A stretch of DNA of 64,000 nt, taken from positions 9,721 through 73,720 of IMG/VR virus record IMGVR_UViG_3300042458_002038. One strand, given 5' to 3'. A program made the translations under genes and the position numbers. The DNA comes from a virus. Within the stretch, counting starts at the first letter, position 1. Each line of letters starts with the position of its first letter. This document shows positions 19,667 to 28,909 of the stretch, one piece after another. The notes under the pieces were generated by a model that was not told where the DNA came from, did not search any database, and worked only from the letters and a program-made list of their open reading frames with translations.

Positions 19667-19686
19667 ATATGTTATTTATAATAAAG

Positions 19687-21087
19687 TTAGATTTTAAAAT
19701 CGTCAAACTTATTACTTCGTGCTGCTCCGCTTCGCCCTGCAGCAAAAGGAGTTTGTGGAGCAGATTGCGAAGAGTCATCACTCATAATATTTGCGGTTGG
19801 ATCGCTAACATCATACAGTCTCATCTTTGCAAGATCGATGCCAATTGTGAATCGTTTATTAGTTGATGAATCATTGTAACGATTCTTAAGTTGTTTGACC
19901 ATAATTTGATTCATCTTGTCAAGTTGTTCTGTACGAATAAATGCAATCATCAAGTCAGCGGTTGCAGGTAGTCCAAAACTTTCGCTGGTATCCGTAATTT
20001 CAATATCCGACGATTGATATCCCGATCGTGTAACTTGAGTTGCACTCCAAATGGGTACATTAAATTCAACAGCCAATCCGCGAATCTCTTCGGCAATACT
20101 TTTAATAAGACTATATGTATTGATGCTTCCGCTCAATCCTTTCATACGGCTGCTCGCGCAAATGTTTAGATAGTCAATATAAATGATGTCTGGCTCAAAC
20201 TTCTTTTTTAATTTTAGTTCAAGCAACAATGCGCGGAAGTGACCGACATGTGCACTCGCAGTTGGATATTCCTTAACAACAAGTTTGCCTTTGGTTTTAT
20301 CACTGATACCTTTAACCTTATTATTGAATGATGCTTTAGTCAAGTCCTTCAACTGATCAATACGCACATCGAATAGATTGGCATCAATACGCTCAGCAAT
20401 CTTTTCTTCGGCCATTTCCATTGTGATATACAATACGTTGCGCCCTTCTGATAGTGCTGCACTAGCCATATGGCACATACCTAAACTTTTTCCGCAGGCT
20501 GTGCCAGCCAAGATGATGTTGAGCGTCTTGCGAGGAATACCTCCGCCTGTAATGGTGTTAAGCATTTCAAGGTCAAATGCAATTTTATCTTCGGTCTTGT
20601 GGTAAAAGTCATAGCGGCTTTCAGCATTCTCAAGATAGTCATGTCCAACATTTGTATCAAAGGTAACACTCAATGCATTGCTAAGAATGGTTGGAATTGC
20701 ACCTTCGGTTTGATCTTTACTTTTGCCGTCAATAATACTGACAGCTTCCATAATTGCAAGATGCACAGCACGATCCTTACACCACTTTTCAGTGTTGTCC
20801 ACCAGCCAATCATAGTCAACACTTGCAGGACTATCAATATCACGAATGCTACTCAACACTTCATGATGGTCATTGCGATTAATGTAATCGCTATTTTGAA
20901 ACTCAATGTCTAGTACGCTGCTAGTTGGCAGCTTGTTGTACTTACTGATAAATGACAAGATCAGCTCATACAATACTTTGTGCTGCCCTTCAAAGTATTC
21001 GGGTTTTAAATGAGGAAGCGCTTTGCGCGTAAACATTTCATTTTGTATCAGGTTTTTAATGATTATTTCCTCAAGATTCTTTTGCAT
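19687..21087 (-). CDS. 41: replicative DnaB-like helicase gp41
   Basis: AGTACGKS, TMEMAEE, IDYLNIC, ATQ, SESFGLPATAD, KQLKNRY. Confidence 0.95.
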   Translation of the reverse strand: MQKNLEEIIIKNLIQNEMFTRKALPHLKPEYFEGQHKVLYELILSFISKYNKLPTSSVLDIEFQNSDYINRNDHHEVLSSIRDIDSPASVDYDWLVDNTEKWCKDRAVHLAIMEAVSIIDGKSKDQTEGAIPTILSNALSVTFDTNVGHDYLENAESRYDFYHKTEDKIAFDLEMLNTITGGGIPRKTLNIILAGTACGKSLGMCHMASAALSEGRNVLYITMEMAEEKIAERIDANLFDVRIDQLKDLTKASFNNKVKGISDKTKGKLVVKEYPTASAHVGHFRALLLELKLKKKFEPDIIYIDYLNICASSRMKGLSGSINTYSLIKSIAEEIRGLAVEFNVPIWSATQVTRSGYQSSDIEITDTSESFGLPATADLMIAFIRTEQLDKMNQIMVKQLKNRYNDSSTNKRFTIGIDLAKMRLYDVSDPTANIMSDDSSQSAPQTPFAAGRSGAARSNKFDDFKI

Positions 21088-21379
21088 CGTTGTTTCCAAT
21101 TTTAAATTCGCTTTGTGATAATAGATGATTTAGTAAGTCTCCAATATGATTCTTAAAGTCAGTGTCTTTGTCTAGAGATTCCTTAAGCAGCCCTTCTGGA
21201 GTGCTTTCAATCTTATAGACAAATGAAACCTTCAAGACATCATTTTCTTTGTCCTCAGTAAGGCGGGTGCGTCCATATGTATAGATCACACCCGCCCAAC
21301 GTCCAGACAATAATTTTATCGAGTATTGATCGCTATGTAAATCATTTTCGACAAAAATATAGTCTTTTTTCTCAGTCAT
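21071..21379 (-). CDS. hypothetical protein at the gp40 position
   Basis: Lies between uvsX and gp41; GVIYTYG...F...IGDLL. Confidence 0.55.
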   Translation of the reverse strand: MTEKKDYIFVENDLHSDQYSIKLLSGRWAGVIYTYGRTRLTEDKENDVLKVSFVYKIESTPEGLLKESLDKDTDFKNHIGDLLNHLLSQSEFKIGNNDAKES

Positions 21380-21950
21380 CTGTTTGTTCTTCAGGCGATT
21401 CTTCAAAGGTGATTGCACTCTCAGGAACACGATCAAGATTAACTTCAACGTCATTCATCATGTCGCGCAGGCCGATGGTATACTTGTTTTTGAGATATTC
21501 CGCAAAGTCAGTATTCTTAAATACAGTCTCCCAGAATTCTTTAGTCATGGTTTGAGCAGCACGCAGGTTGCCAGTCAACTCAACATCCTTTGCAATGTCC
21601 CATGCTTGGTACCAACCATTCTTTGGCTTGCGAACATAGCCACCAAGAATAGCAATATCCAATAGGCCGCTCCATTTTTGAACGCCACCTTCCCAGCTTA
21701 CGCTGATTGGAATTTTGCTTTTTTCTTTAACAAAGCGACTCTTTTCTACATTGATTACAAAGTGATAACCTTGAATTTCAGTACCATCTTTATCTTGTTG
21801 GCGACCAATAATCCAAACATTGTCCGCACTATACATGATGCCTGTGTTATGCGTCACAACACCATTCTTAAGAATATAGTGTTCAGCATCTTTAACGCTA
21901 AGGTCATATACTTTTTGCCGCCCTATTGATTTAATTTCTTTAATTTTCAT
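21372..21950 (-). CDS. uvsX: split intein C-fragment (35 aa) fused to UvsX C-terminal extein
   Basis: MKIKEIKSIG..VYDLSV..HY...NGVVTHN followed by TGIMYSAD...EKSRFVKEKS. Confidence 0.92.
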   Translation of the reverse strand: MKIKEIKSIGRQKVYDLSVKDAEHYILKNGVVTHNTGIMYSADNVWIIGRQQDKDGTEIQGYHFVINVEKSRFVKEKSKIPISVSWEGGVQKWSGLLDIAILGGYVRKPKNGWYQAWDIAKDVELTGNLRAAQTMTKEFWETVFKNTDFAEYLKNKYTIGLRDMMNDVEVNLDRVPESAITFEESPEEQTDD

Positions 21951-21958
21951 TATGTTAT

Positions 21959-21987
21959 ATTATAATATATTTTCTTCTGTTTGTAAA
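21959..21987 (-). promoter_or_regulatory. promoter for the uvsX C-half, embedded in the endonuclease 3' end
   Basis: TTTACA-N17-TATAAT, 8 nt before the ATG. Confidence 0.7.
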
Positions 21988-22838
21988 GGTCTTTTTTTAC
22001 ATTTATCGCCATGCCATCTTTTAAAATTTGATGTGTCTATATCTCTATTGCAATGCTTGCATGTTTGCATTTGAAGACCTTGAGTAATTACTTTATAACG
22101 ATATGGGTTAATCCATTCATCGGAATCTAGCTGTATTGCTTCATGTTTACTGACACGGATATTTTCACCAGTGATAACATTTTTTAATGTTACAAGATCA
22201 GATCTACCTATTTTAGCTTTCCATTCTGGAGTGCGGTTTATTTTAGCTACATTTTCTCTAAACCATTCAATATCTTCAGGCTTTCTTTTATTGCCTTTAT
22301 TTTTATCTCCAATAATTTTTCTAGTTTCTTCAGTATGGGTTTTTCCATAAAAACCGTTATCTTTACCAGAACGAATGATTTTTTGTTTGGTTTCTTCTGA
22401 TAATTTATTGCCAAACGTCACACCAACATATTCACCATTTAATACTGATGAGTCATCTCTGGAAAGTCTAACAATCTTTCCAGTTTCTTTGTTTTTATAT
22501 GTAGCATAATTTGGATTATGAAATGTATTTTCCATTGCTATAGATTTATTAAAATATTCCGGTGATGACACTGCAGATACTTTTATTTGTTCTTCCGCTT
22601 CACGCTGAAGAACTTTTTCATAATCTTCAGACGAATATAAAATTTCTATTTCACATATATCAGATTGCACCATCTCTTTATAGTTTTCCCATGTTGAAGA
22701 TCCATAATAAGGTTTATTACGGCCGTCATATATTATGCCATTCTTAAAAGAGCAATTTGACTTTGATCCAATATAAAGGTATGGTAAAATACCAGCAACT
22801 TTGCGTTTACTAAATGTTATTTTATATACTAAGTTCAT
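21960..22838 (-). CDS. free-standing GIY-YIG homing endonuclease with NUMOD3 repeats
   Basis: LVYKI...YIGSK...YYGSS; GFYGKTHTEETRKII; C-terminal CKHC...RWHGDKC; AT-rich. Confidence 0.85.
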   Translation of the reverse strand: MNLVYKITFSKRKVAGILPYLYIGSKSNCSFKNGIIYDGRNKPYYGSSTWENYKEMVQSDICEIEILYSSEDYEKVLQREAEEQIKVSAVSSPEYFNKSIAMENTFHNPNYATYKNKETGKIVRLSRDDSSVLNGEYVGVTFGNKLSEETKQKIIRSGKDNGFYGKTHTEETRKIIGDKNKGNKRKPEDIEWFRENVAKINRTPEWKAKIGRSDLVTLKNVITGENIRVSKHEAIQLDSDEWINPYRYKVITQGLQMQTCKHCNRDIDTSNFKRWHGDKCKKRPLQTEENIL

Positions 22839-22875
22839 CGGTTGTATGGGTTTATTTATACAACCGATGAACTTA
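22830..22875 (-). promoter_or_regulatory. 18-bp perfect hairpin occluding the endonuclease ATG, containing late promoter TATAAATA
   Basis: TAAGTTCATCGGTTGTAT-N10-ATACAACCGATGAACTTA. Confidence 0.85.
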
Positions 22876-22879
22876 AGAA

Positions 22880-23794
22880 TCAGATCAATACTTTACAATC
22901 TTGTCCAACCGTTAGGTCTTTTGCTTCTACCCAAAGGTCATCAATCATGAATTTGTGTTTATCACTGCAAACAATGGTGTGGCCATCCTCAAATGTAACT
23001 TCATAACATTCCGGTTCGCCTTCATCGAGCGTGTCTGGATTCCAAACAGCAGTAACTTCTTTAGGGCCATCTAATGTTTGAACATTATCACCAGCAATAA
23101 AGTCTTCAACCGGTTTAGTTGTTCCATCAGGCAGAGTAATAAGAGTTCCCGCAGCAACACAACCTCCACTAACAATAGCTTTTGGGAACAATCCAATTTC
23201 TTGATAGGTATGGTTGATTGCAAGCAAGCAAATGTTTTTCATTGTAAGGTATGGCGTAACCATACGGAACAATCCTTTAAGCGCTTTAGCACGAGTCATG
23301 TCGGCCACGCTCTTTTCATTCATTGCATCTTCCAATTCTTTTTTGGACGCAAGGTTACCAACACTATCAATAACAATAATTACTTTATCCTTGCGCTCCA
23401 TCTGCTCAAGTTGATTCACAATATCAAACTTGAGTTCTTCAATATTTTTAATGGGAATATGCAATACTCGGTTGGTATCAATACCAAAGCTTTCAAAGTA
23501 TTGCTGAGGACTACCAAATTCACTATCATAAAACATAAGACAAGCATCTTTATGTTTCTTAAGATATGCACCGGCCATAAGCAATGCAAAGCTAGTCTTA
23601 AAGTGCTTTGATGGACCAGCAAGAACGGTAAGGCCGCTGGTCAATCCACCGTCAATACTGCCACTTAATGCGACATTGACCATTGGTACACTTGTGGAGG
23701 TGATGTCTTTTTCAGCATAAAAATCGCTGTCAGCCAAGACGTCGGCTTCTTTAATTCGGCAATTCTTTTTTAGTTTTTCTAGTACAGATGACAT
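22880..23794 (-). CDS. uvsX: UvsX N-terminal extein (211 aa) fused to split intein N-fragment (93 aa)
   Basis: GPSKHFKT Walker A, YDSEFG, IDSVGNL; IVSGG then CVAAGTLI...CSDKHKF...WVEAKDL. Confidence 0.92.
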   Translation of the reverse strand: MSSVLEKLKKNCRIKEADVLADSDFYAEKDITSTSVPMVNVALSGSIDGGLTSGLTVLAGPSKHFKTSFALLMAGAYLKKHKDACLMFYDSEFGSPQQYFESFGIDTNRVLHIPIKNIEELKFDIVNQLEQMERKDKVIIVIDSVGNLASKKELEDAMNEKSVADMTRAKALKGLFRMVTPYLTMKNICLLAINHTYQEIGLFPKAIVSGGCVAAGTLITLPDGTTKPVEDFIAGDNVQTLDGPKEVTAVWNPDTLDEGEPECYEVTFEDGHTIVCSDKHKFMIDDLWVEAKDLTVGQDCKVLI

Positions 23795-23816
23795 ATATTA
23801 TTTCGTTGAGATATTA

Positions 23817-25088
23817 TTATAACAGGTTTTTCTTGGAATGTAAACTAAAAAATTCATCAAGTTCATGAGAATTATTTAGCAGCACACGTGTAGGATATTC
23901 AACCGTCTTATTCTTATTGCTTTGTTTGGTATAGTTACTTTCACTCCAAGTAACATCGCCATCAAGATACTTTACTACATTAAGCATCATATCACGAGCT
24001 GTACTTACAGGTACATTTTGGCAGATGTGATTAATCTTGGTTTTAAGCGGGTGCAATGATGCAAGATTAAAGTCTTCAGGCATCTTCATAACACGGAGAC
24101 AGTCACGTACAGTTGGAAAGCTTTGAGTAAATGGATTAATCATCCAGAATGGCAATGCTCCAATCAGACTAGGAATAATACCTTTGACCATAGTAATGCC
24201 ATGCGCCCAGTAACCCATACCTTTTGCACGTTTAGCGGCCATATCCCGAGCACGTCCTGCAGTTTTAGTATAACCATTCGCATCCATCCATTCCGATACA
24301 ACTGTAAGATTATCACCTAAGCCGCCGTCGGCCCAGACAATAAGATTCTGTGTATCATCCAGGGTGTCATATAGTTCTTTAATATCTTTAGTACCAGTCT
24401 TGTGCATGGCGTATGCAGCCCAACCATTGGTATTGGGATCGTCTTCATTGCAAGAGATATTCATTGGATCACCATCAGCATATGCCATATTAAAGATGTT
24501 TTCAATGGGTTCTCCAGGAACATTAAACCAACTAAATAACGGAGCAGATGTACTCTTAGTAAAGAAGTAGAATGTGCGGCCGCGCTTTTGAGACAGGCCG
24601 TGAAGGCGGCTTTCAGTATAATACAAGTTTAAGCTATACCCATACTTTTCGCCGATAGCAAACAAACGGTCTGCGACTTTTTTACCCATGTTGCTGTATA
24701 AACGTGGAGCATTCTCGCCCCAAAATACTTTAGGACCTACTTTATCAAGTACATATTCAGCAGTGGTATACAACCATTCATTAACTGCACTATCTGCACT
24801 GCTTGCAGTGCTAAGGCTGCTCAAACCAGCACAAGGGCAGGTGGAATTTACAACATCAACCGATTCTGGTACATAATCAGGCTGTTTGTCAAGGTGAATA
24901 TAGTCACCAGTCCATCCTTTTGTGTTGCGGATGTATTGAATGTAGTGATCATCATTGCTTGCAAAGGGACTATATGATAATACGTATTCTGGAAGTTGTC
25001 CATCTAGTGCTTCCATGACTCCAAGTGATTCACCGCCAATAAGCGGTACGATTGATGCGTATGTGTATTTCTTTTGTGCGTTCTCCAT
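23817..25088 (-). CDS. DNA (cytosine-5)-methyltransferase-like protein
   Basis: PLIGG (degenerate motif I), PCAGLS (IV), ENAP (VI), QKRGRTF (VIII), QNVP (X-like). Confidence 0.75.
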   Translation of the reverse strand: MENAQKKYTYASIVPLIGGESLGVMEALDGQLPEYVLSYSPFASNDDHYIQYIRNTKGWTGDYIHLDKQPDYVPESVDVVNSTCPCAGLSSLSTASSADSAVNEWLYTTAEYVLDKVGPKVFWGENAPRLYSNMGKKVADRLFAIGEKYGYSLNLYYTESRLHGLSQKRGRTFYFFTKSTSAPLFSWFNVPGEPIENIFNMAYADGDPMNISCNEDDPNTNGWAAYAMHKTGTKDIKELYDTLDDTQNLIVWADGGLGDNLTVVSEWMDANGYTKTAGRARDMAAKRAKGMGYWAHGITMVKGIIPSLIGALPFWMINPFTQSFPTVRDCLRVMKMPEDFNLASLHPLKTKINHICQNVPVSTARDMMLNVVKYLDGDVTWSESNYTKQSNKNKTVEYPTRVLLNNSHELDEFFSLHSKKNLL

Positions 25089-25096
25089 AAATTGAT

Positions 25097-26380
25097 TTAT
25101 AGGACTTTGCCGGGACCCGTAATCTTATTCAATGCAGCTAGCGTAACATCATTCAAATGCTCACCAGAATAGTATGATGGCTTTAACATAGTATCAAGAG
25201 TATCGCGCAACTTAGTATATGCGTCTGGATTACTTTCAAGATATGCAATCTTATCAAACAGGTCTTTACTGTCCTTTACACGCAAGAACTGTGGAGCATT
25301 TAAATGGTTTTGTTCATCATAAGTTGGATGCAGGAATGGTATGATTCCATAATGAGCCATCTCCCAGAACTTCATGGTGACCCATCCTTTTTTGATAGGA
25401 ATGCAATAAGTATATTTTACGCGGGGCAGCATGCTTTGCAATTCATGGAACGGTAAGCTGCCTTTAAAACGAGAGTCTGTTCCAATAGTACGCTCATCCC
25501 ATTTGCCATAGATTGCTACATCTTGTACATGGTTAAGAATGGTTTCTTTCAACAGGTTGTATCGTGATGGTCGCCCCTCATTGAGAACAATCATAAAGTT
25601 GATGTCTTTTATACCAGCCGGCTCTGGTATGTCTTCACCAAAGAATGTATCCAACGACGAAGTTTCCGTTTCGGCGCTTTGCTTTTCTTTATCTTGTCCA
25701 ATAAGAAAGATGGTTTCCATTGCACTATAGGTACTGGGAATGGTGTGCACTACCGTTTCATTGTCTGTATAGTTTTTACGAACTGTTACACGCGTATCTT
25801 CATCATATTGTGACAAGACAATGGTTGGCATATGAATCCAATCGCGTGCATTAGGAGGCCAGAAGCGTGGATCATTTACAATGAGAATGTATGGGATGTG
25901 GCGATTATCATTCATCCAATCCGTCATGGGTGCAACATATTTGCATAACATTTCAAGAGGACTTGCAACCTCACTAGGGTTACGCATTTTGGTAACCTTA
26001 AATGGAATGTTGGTAGTACCGGTTGGACCAGTAAATACAACACCAGCATCAAACTTTACATGATTGAGTGCAACATATTCTTTAAGGTATTCTATATTGT
26101 GTAATTTACTGTCCATTGGATTGTTCTTTTTCCAATCCACAAACTGCTTACCCCAAATGTCAACCACATTACCATTCGCATTGATGCGTTGCTTTTCGCT
26201 GCTGCTTAGACGTGAAAAGTCATTGCAACCCAACAGGTAAAATGTAATGCTAGGATTACGCGCAAATAGGTTTTCATAATACTTGGGCGCTTCGCAGTCA
26301 CCGCCAATATTCCCCCATGAATCGCGATTAAACAATATGCTCTTGCCAATCTTTCCTACATATACATTCATATTATCCAA
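25097..26380 (-). CDS. GT-B DNA glycosyltransferase (T4 BGT-like)
   Basis: IVNDPR and VTMKFWEMAHYG resemble T4 BGT FTDIR and LRVWETMAS; located in the hmC cluster. Confidence 0.7.
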   Translation of the reverse strand: MDNMNVYVGKIGKSILFNRDSWGNIGGDCEAPKYYENLFARNPSITFYLLGCNDFSRLSSSEKQRINANGNVVDIWGKQFVDWKKNNPMDSKLHNIEYLKEYVALNHVKFDAGVVFTGPTGTTNIPFKVTKMRNPSEVASPLEMLCKYVAPMTDWMNDNRHIPYILIVNDPRFWPPNARDWIHMPTIVLSQYDEDTRVTVRKNYTDNETVVHTIPSTYSAMETIFLIGQDKEKQSAETETSSLDTFFGEDIPEPAGIKDINFMIVLNEGRPSRYNLLKETILNHVQDVAIYGKWDERTIGTDSRFKGSLPFHELQSMLPRVKYTYCIPIKKGWVTMKFWEMAHYGIIPFLHPTYDEQNHLNAPQFLRVKDSKDLFDKIAYLESNPDAYTKLRDTLDTMLKPSYYSGEHLNDVTLAALNKITGPGKVL

Positions 26381-27392
26381 TCTTAACGCTGTCTGTATTC
26401 AAGTCAACCATGTAGGTTAGAGGATCAATGCCGCCGCGCTCAATTTCTTTTTCAAGGTAGGCAATTGTATCATCAAGTGCAGTTGAGATACTTTTCTTTG
26501 GGCACCAGCCAAGCGAGAGCGCCTTGCGAATATCCGCAAATATTTCAAATGCTTCACCGTTGATTTCCGGCATAAAGGTATATTCTACTGCATCTGGCAC
26601 TTCATATCCACGCGCTTTAAGTACACCTGCAACAGCATCACCAATTTCAAATAGGCTACAACTTTGTCCACGCCCAAGATTGTATGTTTGGCCAATAGTG
26701 CGATCATCGGTTAAGCATTGAACGTGAAAAGCATTCACGTCATCAACATGAATAAAGTCCCTACGACGTTGGCCATCGCCGAAGATGATTGGGTTGTTAC
26801 CTCCCATCATGCGAATAGCAAAGCCGGCAAACAGTGGAGGCACAGTGCGCTTGTAGTCTTGAATAGGCCCTGCAATATTAAAGTAACGCAATGCAGTATA
26901 GCGCAATCCTTTGGTGCGTGCATAACTTTCAGCAAGCAATGCAACAGCTGCTTTAGTGCTTGCATACACTGTAGTAGGATCGCTTTGGCCTTCAAAATAA
27001 CCATCTTGTAGCAGCTCACAATTTTCATATACTGCACTCGTCTCAGAGAAAACAACGCGTGGGCAACCGGCTGCAAGCAGTGCATCAAATACATTTACAC
27101 TACCAACAATGTTGTTGTCAACCGCACTTGATGTGTCACGATGGCAATCATAAATGCTAACCAAGCCTGCAAAGTGAAAAGTAATGTCAGGTTTGATATT
27201 GCCAATGTGTAAATGCATTGCTTCACGGTCACGAATATCGCATTTGAAAAAACGGACACGATCATGCACTTCAGGGATATATGAGCCGTGCGCAAGATTG
27301 TCAATTACAATCACATCATGCCCTAGTTCTAACAAATCAGGAATAAGATTTGTTCCGACGAAGCCGCAGCCTCCAGTAATAAGTATCTTCAT
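26373..27392 (-). CDS. NAD-dependent nucleotide-sugar epimerase/dehydratase
   Basis: ITGGCGFVG, YASTK, LRYFN, RDFIHVDD. Confidence 0.9.
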   Translation of the reverse strand: MKILITGGCGFVGTNLIPDLLELGHDVIVIDNLAHGSYIPEVHDRVRFFKCDIRDREAMHLHIGNIKPDITFHFAGLVSIYDCHRDTSSAVDNNIVGSVNVFDALLAAGCPRVVFSETSAVYENCELLQDGYFEGQSDPTTVYASTKAAVALLAESYARTKGLRYTALRYFNIAGPIQDYKRTVPPLFAGFAIRMMGGNNPIIFGDGQRRRDFIHVDDVNAFHVQCLTDDRTIGQTYNLGRGQSCSLFEIGDAVAGVLKARGYEVPDAVEYTFMPEINGEAFEIFADIRKALSLGWCPKKSISTALDDTIAYLEKEIERGGIDPLTYMVDLNTDSVKIG

Positions 27393-27408
27393 AGAGTTAT
27401 ATATGTGG

Positions 27409-27864
27409 TTAATTTTTCTTTGCAATGACGCGCGATCTCAATTCACTTGTAGAGAAACTGTGTCTTCTTTTGTTGTAATGGATTGGGCAAAGGTCTTTTC
27501 CGGTGTGATTGGTACCTTGGTATTCCTCGCCAACAATGCGCACATCAGGATTGATTGTAAGAATCATATCTTCCAGATCCTTTTCGGTTTCAAAGGGAAT
27601 AATTTCGTCCACATATTTGCATGCTGATACTTGTAGGTATCGCTCAAATACACTTTGAACTGGTGCGTTCTTTGTATCAGCACGATCCTTTGTGGGATCA
27701 ACCAATAATCCTACAATTAGATAGTCACACAATTGTTTTGCTTCCATAAGCATAACGGTATGACCTGCATGAAAGAGATCAAATGTTGATGCCGTAAAGC
27801 CTATACGAATTTCTTCAATGGGTTTGCCAATAAGTTTAGCCAGTGATTGTTTGTCGAGCAGCAT
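27409..27864 (-). CDS. TagD/HldE-C-like cytidylyltransferase
   Basis: STFDLFHAGH, CDYLIVGL, RRHSFSTSELR. Confidence 0.88.
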   Translation of the reverse strand: MLLDKQSLAKLIGKPIEEIRIGFTASTFDLFHAGHTVMLMEAKQLCDYLIVGLLVDPTKDRADTKNAPVQSVFERYLQVSACKYVDEIIPFETEKDLEDMILTINPDVRIVGEEYQGTNHTGKDLCPIHYNKRRHSFSTSELRSRVIAKKN

Positions 27865-28894
27865 TGATTTTATTTTTTAAGTGTTGTAGTAAAGATGGTT
27901 TGTCTTTTGCATATGGATACATTCTGCAAAGGTGACCAATCTCATGTGCTTTGAGAACCTCAAACTCAATGTTTGAATAATATTCAATATGATCCAATTG
28001 ACCATCTAGTGGATCATTTAGCGCAATTGATGTATATAGTTTAGCAATGTCTATAACCCATGAGCTGTAAAGAGTAGGGTCATTGATTGGGTCAATGAAA
28101 TATGCCGAAGTGGAATCGTTAGGGCCACTCATAATATTGCTAACGCTACAATCACCATGAGAGAATGTGGCTGGTGTTTGACGCATAGCTTCGCTCAGCA
28201 TAAGGTATATGAAGCTATAGTCTTCTAAAGATAATACATCTTTGACGCGATCTCGGCAACGTGCAATATATGAATCGGCGCTAACAGGTTCAGATTGCAG
28301 AGGCGGATGAGAAGCGAAGGTATGAACGGTTTCCAGCACGTCGGTTATGTCACCACTGTATGTATGCAAATATTGCATACGAATAGTATCACCAATAACA
28401 CTATGCACCCCTGGGACATTATAACCATACCATCGCGCGGCCTCAAACCATCGCACAACACTCTGTGTATTTTTTGATGTCTTGTAGACGCTGTCAGTTA
28501 CTTTATCATAATACACAGAGTCACCACTCCAACCACCAACCAAACGAGTGCGCTCAAAACTTTTAACAAATTGTTCTGGTGTAATACCTTTGTCATCAAT
28601 ATAGTATGCTGCCAGCTTCTTTTGGAAGCTAAGCGAGCTATACTTTACATCATGCTGCGCAAGCCAGCTCTCAATTTGTGCTCTGTACTTGAGATCGGCC
28701 GCTTCACAATCACCATTACATGAGAGTTGACCTCGTGCGGTAACAATATGAATGCTCCAGCCATCATCACATAAAGCATTGAGTTTGTTGACAAGCGCAA
28801 CATTTGGCATTGCATTTACCCAATCACGATTGTGAGTAATAGCAATGGTATCATCAAAGTCAACAACAAGAGTGGTTGTATAGTCTGAAATCAT
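27836..28894 (-). CDS. HAD phosphatase fused to APH/choline-kinase-like domain
   Basis: VDFDDTI, TARG, YIDDK; C-terminal HGDCSVSN, FIDP. Confidence 0.8.
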   Translation of the reverse strand: MISDYTTTLVVDFDDTIAITHNRDWVNAMPNVALVNKLNALCDDGWSIHIVTARGQLSCNGDCEAADLKYRAQIESWLAQHDVKYSSLSFQKKLAAYYIDDKGITPEQFVKSFERTRLVGGWSGDSVYYDKVTDSVYKTSKNTQSVVRWFEAARWYGYNVPGVHSVIGDTIRMQYLHTYSGDITDVLETVHTFASHPPLQSEPVSADSYIARCRDRVKDVLSLEDYSFIYLMLSEAMRQTPATFSHGDCSVSNIMSGPNDSTSAYFIDPINDPTLYSSWVIDIAKLYTSIALNDPLDGQLDHIEYYSNIEFEVLKAHEIGHLCRMYPYAKDKPSLLQHLKNKINAARQTITG

Positions 28895-28909
28895 ATGATG
28901 TATATATGC

